From: Octopus vulgaris
Lineage: Eukaryota
DNA: 64,000 bases
Assembly: GCA_951406725.2 (NCBI GenBank)
Contig: OX597821.1
Span: 94,302,001-94,366,000, forward strand
Reading direction: 5' to 3'
A model generated the notes under the pieces. The model had not been told where the DNA came from. It saw only the letters and a list, made by a program, of their open reading frames with translations, and did not search any database. The translations under genes were made by a program, and so were the position numbers. This document shows positions 56,863 to 64,000 of the stretch, piece by piece. Numbering within the stretch: position 1 is the stretch's first letter; each line of letters starts with the position of its first letter.

Positions 56863-57031
56863 AATGATAATAATAATAATAGTAATAATGATGATGATGA
56901 TGATGAAGAAGAAGAAGAAGAAGAAGAAGAAGAAGAAGAAGAAGAAGAAGAAGAAGAAGAAGAAGAAGAAGAAGAAGAAGAAGAAGAAGAAGAAGAAGAT
57001 GATGATGATGATGATGATGATTATGATAATG

Positions 57032-57095
<64 letters not shown>
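56820..57095. repeat. Compound trinucleotide microsatellite (GAT/AAT/GAA)
   Basis: Directly visible; similar compound arrays at 30085-30190, 30605-30825 and 60820-61062. Confidence 0.95.
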
Positions 57096-57097
<2 letters not shown>

Positions 57098-57416
57098 GCC
57101 ATGTGTTGAGAGAGATTCTTTGGAGTTTGAATAATTTACTTCTGGAGATGTGTGTCTTGTTCAACATCCTAAAGCAACCCTTATTCGGGGACCTTTTGAG
57201 CAGGATGGGCTACTCGACCTGAAGAAAATTCTAACTGGGCCCCACCTGCAAGGTCATGTGCTGTTTATCTTGATATGAGATCACCATGTCGCGCACATAT
57301 GGTTGTGATGCATGTGCCTGGTGTACCCTTATCAGACGGGTAGTCATGATGGGTATATTGGGCTTCGTATATTTTACCCCAGTGTCACTTTGATGGCATG
57401 AACTGCTCTCCCACTC

Positions 57417-57417
<1 letters not shown>
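57096..57417 (+). mobile_element. Second copy of the (AAT)n-embedded non-LTR 3' end
   Basis: Reverse complement of 30191-30515; (AAT)n on both sides. Confidence 0.75.
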
Positions 57418-57512
<95 letters not shown>

Positions 57513-57837
57513 AAGAAGAAGAAACAAGTACAAAGGATGAAAAGTGATGAAGGACAAGATTCATCGTGGTTTCCGTTTAGTCTTTGCAAAAATATACTAA
57601 AAAGAAGATCGTCCCAAACTTTCAATAACAAAACAAAATAAGAAATTCCCCCCAAACAATAGGGTTTTTGATGAAATCTTCTCCTTGAAGCAAGGATCAC
57701 TTAATGATGAAGATTACTGAAGGGGGTTGGCACTCATATTTCGCAACACCCAACCCACTTACCGACTAGTGCAAGTAAACCTGTTTCAGAAGCTTTAAAC
57801 ATACATACGTACATACATACACACACACACACACACG

Positions 57838-57935
<98 letters not shown>

Positions 57936-57990
57936 CATACGTATATATATATATATATATATATATACATACATGTATCAATAGACACAC

Positions 57991-58045
<55 letters not shown>

Positions 58046-58112
58046 CATACATACGTATATATATATATATATATATATATACATACATGTATCAATAGAC
58101 ACACACACGCAC

Positions 58113-58217
<105 letters not shown>

Positions 58218-58558
58218 TACATATATCAATAGACACACGCACGCACACACACACACACACAGACACACTTTAATTTCTTATCCGGTGTTTCATATCAGAT
58301 TTCAAATGACTTCTTGTATAACTATAAACAAATAAATGGCTGCCTTGTCTTAGATATGTGTGCGTGTATGTTGGTGTGTCTATGTGTATGTATGTATGTG
58401 TGTGTTTGTGTGTTTGTGCGTGCATACGTGCCTGTCACGCGTATACATATATTCACATATACTTGGAGACGTATAACACACATACTGACATGTAAATGTA
58501 AACATACTGACATAGACAAAGGAGTTGTCTATAAATAAACAACTTGACAATTGATAGT

Positions 58559-58613
<55 letters not shown>

Positions 58614-58626
58614 AATACATGTACAT

Positions 58627-58709
<83 letters not shown>

Positions 58710-59024
58710 TTGAGATTTACTTCTCAATATCATGGAGAATTATGTTTTCTGTTTTGTTGTTCTATTTCCCATCCTCTCTTAATTTCGTAGGTGATTTGAT
58801 CAACAAGACGTTTGATTATTATAGACTAGATCTTGTATCTGGTCTTTTACGTTCTCAGTCCATCCTTTTCACTATCTTCCCTTTTCTCTTTTCACTTGGT
58901 CATGTTTCCTCGTCGTTTGAATTATGAAAAACGTGACAAAAAAAATAATAGAAACTTTAATTTATTATAACTTGTAAATGACTCTAAGGCGTCGAAGTGG
59001 CAGAATTTTTAACACGCTATGCAA

Positions 59025-59243
59025 AGAATCGTTAGCACGCCGGGCGAAACGCGTAGCCGTATTTCGTCTGCCGTTACGTTCTGAGTTCAAATTCCGCCGA
59101 GGTCGACTTTGCCTCTCATCCTTTCGGGGTCGATAAATTAAGTAGCAGTTACGCACTGGGGTCGATGTAATCGACTTAATCCGTTTGTCTGTCTTTGTTT
59201 GTCCTTTCTGTGTTTAGCCCCTTGTGGGTAGTAAAGAAATAGG
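59025..59243 (+). mobile_element. SINE family B
   Basis: Well-preserved core and TGTGTTTAGCCCCTTGTGGGTAGTAAAGAAATAGGT tail. Confidence 0.88.
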
Positions 59244-59834
59244 TTAGCGGCTTTACATATAGAGTTCGAATTCTGTCGAAGAGTGTCAATCAAGTACTAA
59301 GCAGATGTAATCGACTGGCCACCCTGCGCAAAAAAGTTTCAGGCTTGTTCCTATCGTAGAAAGAATAAGTAGCTTTACGACCCTTTTGCGTTGTGAGTTC
59401 AAACCGTGATCGACTTTGCTTTTCATCTTTTCGGGAGTCAAATAATCAGTAGGAAAGCATAACCGTTTTCCCCAACAAATCGGTCCTTGAACTGATGTCA
59501 GATTTTCACTTGATTCTCCTGAGCATAATGCAGTATCTAAAATTAAGCGCATCGCAGGTAACTGACGGAGTGCTTCCATATTGTTAGTATGTTGGTATGG
59601 ACTTCAACAGTTAATTAATTGCTTCTATAGAGAAAAGACAATTTCCTACAATCGGTCGAACTGTGGTTCCGAGAAAACAATAAGATGAGTAGAGATGCTT
59701 GCCCATGGAATATCAACTTATCCTCAATGTCTTCCTCCAGTTGAACAGTTACATAAGTAAGCCTTGCATCCTGCAAATGTTCAATGGAGTATTATTGGCG
59801 GGACGACATTCTTGGGGTCTTCTAACTAAAGATT

Positions 59835-60418
59835 GGTTTCAAATTTTGACTAACAAATATCGAGGGAGGGCGTAAGGCGATTATATCGACCCCTGTAATC
59901 AACTGGTGCTTATTTCATCTGCCCGGAAAGGCAATGTCAACCTCGACAGCATTTGAACTCAGAACGTGAGACAGACGAAATGTTGCTAAGCATTTTGTCC
60001 TGCGAGCTAACAATTCTGCCAGCTCGCCGCCTTTACGGTTTCGAATTTTGGCACAAGGCCAGAAATTTCTAGGAAGGAGGGTAAGTAAATTACATCGATC
60101 CCAGTAATCAACTGGTACTTATTTATCGACCCCGCAGAATGAAAGATAAAGTCGACCTCAGTGGAATTTGAACTCAGGACGTGAAGACGGACAGAATACC
60201 TATTTCTTTACTACCCACAAGGGGCTAAACACAGAGGGGACAAACAAGGACAGTCAAACAGATTAAGTCGATTACATCGACCCCAGTGCGTAACTGGTAC
60301 TTATTTAATCGACCCCGAAAGGATGAAAGGCGGAATTTGAACTCAGAACGTAGCGGCAGACGAAATACTGCTAAGCATCTCGCCCGGCGTGCTAACGATT
60401 CTGCCAGCTCGCCGCCCT
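59835..60418 (-). mobile_element. Three consecutive SINE family B copies
   Basis: Reverse-complement cores at about 59900, 60120 and 60300; heads end at about 60032 and 60417. Confidence 0.85.
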
Positions 60419-60816
60419 CTTCTAACTAAATATTAATAAATCTTCTCTGAAGAAATGATCCATCTTGGATTATGAGTAATTTCCGGAAATCTTTTGCTCG
60501 CTTACAACCGGTCTTGTAATTCTTTTCCGACCTACTTATTGGTTATAATGAAAGACAAAGTATTGTGGACAAAATTGAAACAACTCGAGGATCTGTTTTC
60601 CTCTCTACTTTCTTCAAGTATAAATACCATTAGTGACATAGATTTTGCTGTTTTCTGTATTTTGAGAAAGTTGAGTATTAATAACAAAATTAATATTAAT
60701 AACAATATACCTTCCTCTTTCATATTTCATCCACAGTCGAGATCTGTGTGTCAAGGCTCAAGCCTTGGGATTTCAATGTGTGTATTGGTTCTTGTTTCTG
60801 AAATTGACTGTTGCAA

Positions 60817-60903
<87 letters not shown>

Positions 60904-60936
60904 TATTATTATTTATATTATTATTTATTATTATTA

Positions 60937-60991
<55 letters not shown>

Positions 60992-61016
60992 GATTATCAT
61001 TATCATTATCATTATA

Positions 61017-61062
<46 letters not shown>

Positions 61063-61499
61063 GCATTGTCGCGTTATCAAAAAAAAAGTCACTGAGTTCC
61101 CTTGTGCTACATTCCTGGCAATAACTTATGCTAATTTCCACCCATCCCACGCCTCCCTTTGATGAGGTTTCGAGCTTGTGTGGTAATGCATGTATTTTCT
61201 CATTCCAGAATATGAACAAAAAAGAAAAAAGAAAAAAGAAAAATTCAGAGGTGACAGCATTTTCAGCCGATCACAGTTTTTGGAATTCATTGGAATTTCA
61301 CACGTCAAATTAGGTCTTCCGAATGAGTTTATGGTCATAAACCTAATGCACAGAAGTGTTGTAATACTATTTTATCTGACAATGTGTAAGTTGGAGCGAT
61401 AGTTGTTAACAAGTGGATGTTATTTTAACGATAACCGCAGTATGTGGGCTGTATTGGTATTTATGTGTTTGTATTGGAGTGAGTGGGGATGCGCGCGCA

Positions 61500-61576
<77 letters not shown>

Positions 61577-62396
61577 TGAGGGAGAAAACAAGAGAGAAAG
61601 AAAAAGAGGAAAAAATGGCAGTGTGAGCTGAAGAAATTGTTAAAGGTCGAGAGAAGCGATGACGAGAAAGTATATTAGGAATGTTAAACCTAAACAACCC
61701 AAAGCTGTTGAAAGTAGTTATAGCTAAATCAATTGTAGAAGGAACGTAGATAAAATAAAGTGCAACACCCTTAATAAAAATAGTCTGAACCCTCACCACG
61801 ACTCTATAAACATATATAAGCATATCGACAGACAAGATTCAAAAGTTCAAGACATAATACTAATAAATAAACAACTGTTGAGTGGGTGGATGCCGCACAG
61901 AAAGGTATGTATATGAGAAACCAAATTCCTGCTTTATGAAAGGTTTGGCTATGTATAGTTGTGGCTAATTTCGGAGGTTTTAGGAGATGATGAATTAAGC
62001 GAACCATCGGTTGTAAGCAAACTGCTCTTAACAAATACCTTTCTCTCAACACGTTAAAGATTATGTAAAACAAAATCGCTGTCTAGGAATAGACATTCTT
62101 CCTCGTATTAGATACCACAGAAAAGCATTTGTTGGAGAATTCAGCATTGAAAGAAATGAAATATGGCGAGAACTAGACATTTCTATAATTCTGGAATAAA
62201 TATGTATTTCGTATTTCCTGTAACATTTAGTGATGGAGTTCTTAAAAAAGTACATCCGGTAACTTTATCATCGTGAGGTATGTCTGATGTAATTCAACTC
62301 GGTGAAAACTCAATCACTCTGAATGTAGCTGATGCTGGTACTTTGGTTGATTTTCCTGTACTTGTTTGGTCATAGATCAGTTCTGATCTCGTAGAC

Positions 62397-62678
62397 CAGT
62401 GGTTCCCTAAATGGGTGGCACTGCTCCACTTGGGGATAGTGGAAAGATGAAGGCGGGAGGGGTGGCATTTAAGAAAAGTGGAACAATAATAGGGTGACAA
62501 AAAGGAATGCAAAAATAACAAAATAATAGATTAATTAGGTTAAGTTTTATTCGTGAAATACAGCTGTTTTGAATTTTGTTGCAGACAGTGGTCTGTTTGT
62601 GGTGGTGATGGTGGTAGTCGTGGCTAGGAATGTCGCCTGGGTGCCAAGGGGGTGGCAACCCGAAAAGGTTTGGGAACC
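62397..62678. mobile_element. hAT (Charlie-like) MITE with a damaged right end
   Basis: Left end CAGTGGTTCCCTAAAT; right end GGTTTGGGAACC lacks the terminal bases; flank CGTAGAC is duplicated. Confidence 0.75.
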
Positions 62679-63009
62679 ATATGGTCTACGACGTAGACCA
62701 TATAATCAAAGGTGTTCAAATCGTGACCTTCTAGTTTTTTTCCCCAGTTTAAATGCTTCCAGGACTACATTAACCAATGCCACCTTGTTTAAGACAATAG
62801 GGTAGGACTTGTGTAAGACTTGGCAGTTATTTCTAGATCTTGTGAATTCCTAATTGTTATTGTTTAGTCACAGACCAACTCTGGTTAAGCAAACTTATGA
62901 CCAAAAGTGCTCTTGCCGTGACCATCCCTATTTATTTCAGCCATAGTATGAATAGGATACGTTGTCCAATACTTATTTTTTAATATGGTACAGCATATCT
63001 TGAGCATTG

Positions 63010-63800
63010 GATTGGCAAAACCGTTAGCGCATCAAAAAGAAACAAACACGCTCTGCACTATTTGTTCCGGCTCTTTACGTTCTGAGTTTAAGTCCCACCG
63101 TGGCCAACATTGTCATTCGTACTTCCGGGGTCAATAAGATAAAATATCAGTCAAGCACTGGGATCGATGGTATCAACTTACCCCCCTCTCTGAAACTGTT
63201 ACTCTTGAGCCTGAATCACAAATCAAAAGATTCGGTGGTGGTGGGGTGGTTGGGAACACACGCGATTATTCATATTAATATTACTTCTAGCAAGTTGAGA
63301 AATCACGTACGCGTTCTTTCTATGGTATAACAGCGATGGTGATTCCGAGGTAATGTTGATTAGATTAATGTTGATATGGCTGTTAATTAAAGTCGGATGA
63401 CATCGCGTCCACCGTTGTCTCAAACTGTTTAGCTTATAGACTATAAAATATTTCAAAAGAATTACGAAGATTGAAAATGAAATGGCTACATGGGAAATTG
63501 AAACTGTGTTACAAAATTCAGGTATCTTGCCTCTAGCATTGTGTACCGTGAAATAGTTACACATCACTACAAGTAGTAAGTGTTCGTATAATTCTTTCTG
63601 ATCTTTCTAAAATAAGCACAAAGCCTGGAATTTGGTGGAAGGAGGTTAGTCGATAACATCAATTCCAGTACTGGACTGACACTTATTTTATCGATCCGAA
63701 AAAGATGAATGGCAAAGTCGGCCTTGGCAGAATTTGAATTCAGAACGTAACGTTCTAAAGGTAAGCATTTTATCCAGTGTGCTAACGATTATGCAATCTG
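63010..63800. mobile_element. Two old SINE family B copies (plus strand 63010-63220, minus strand 63620-63800)
   Basis: Diverged TTTACGTTCTGAGTT and GGGGTCAATAA motifs and their reverse complement. Confidence 0.7.
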
Positions 63801-64000
63801 TTCACCCTGAATGTTTGAATAATTAAGGAATGTTCCTTTATCCTTGCAATTTCCGATTTTAAATCCCCTCTGGCGTTAAATTTAGACAGAGATTAGTAAT
63901 ATTTTACTAATTTATCCTAGAAGCGCTACTCAAAAACCGACATTTCAATCAGTGCTCAAATCTAGGTTACTCAATACAAATAATTTTAAGCATGTCCTAC

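Noticed and set aside
56645-57222. Poly-Glu/Asp/Lys protein
   Set aside because: Compound trinucleotide microsatellite open in several frames on both strands.

Overview
AT-rich, extremely microsatellite-dense eukaryotic DNA. The repeat content suggests an octopus (coleoid cephalopod) intron or intergenic region; this is inferred from recognised SINE types, not a database hit. I found no intact host gene, and nearly all listed ORFs are translations of (TA)n, (CA)n, (TACA)n, (TATC)n, (GAAA)n or (AAT)n tracts. The window is a mobile-element graveyard: at least four tRNA-headed SINE families (several with clean target-site duplications), decayed Gypsy, HERO-type, CR1-type, RTE-type and Penelope-like retroelements, a mariner deletion derivative, hAT and Merlin/MULE-like MITEs, and two complex minisatellites. 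The most interesting signal is a set of short non-coding elements whose 3' ends join (TA)n tracts and which carry minimal type-I hammerhead ribozyme folds, including a G3-C8 swapped-core variant. Several of these sit in near-perfect fold-back palindromes with 50-250 bp arms. All folds and alignments were done by eye.
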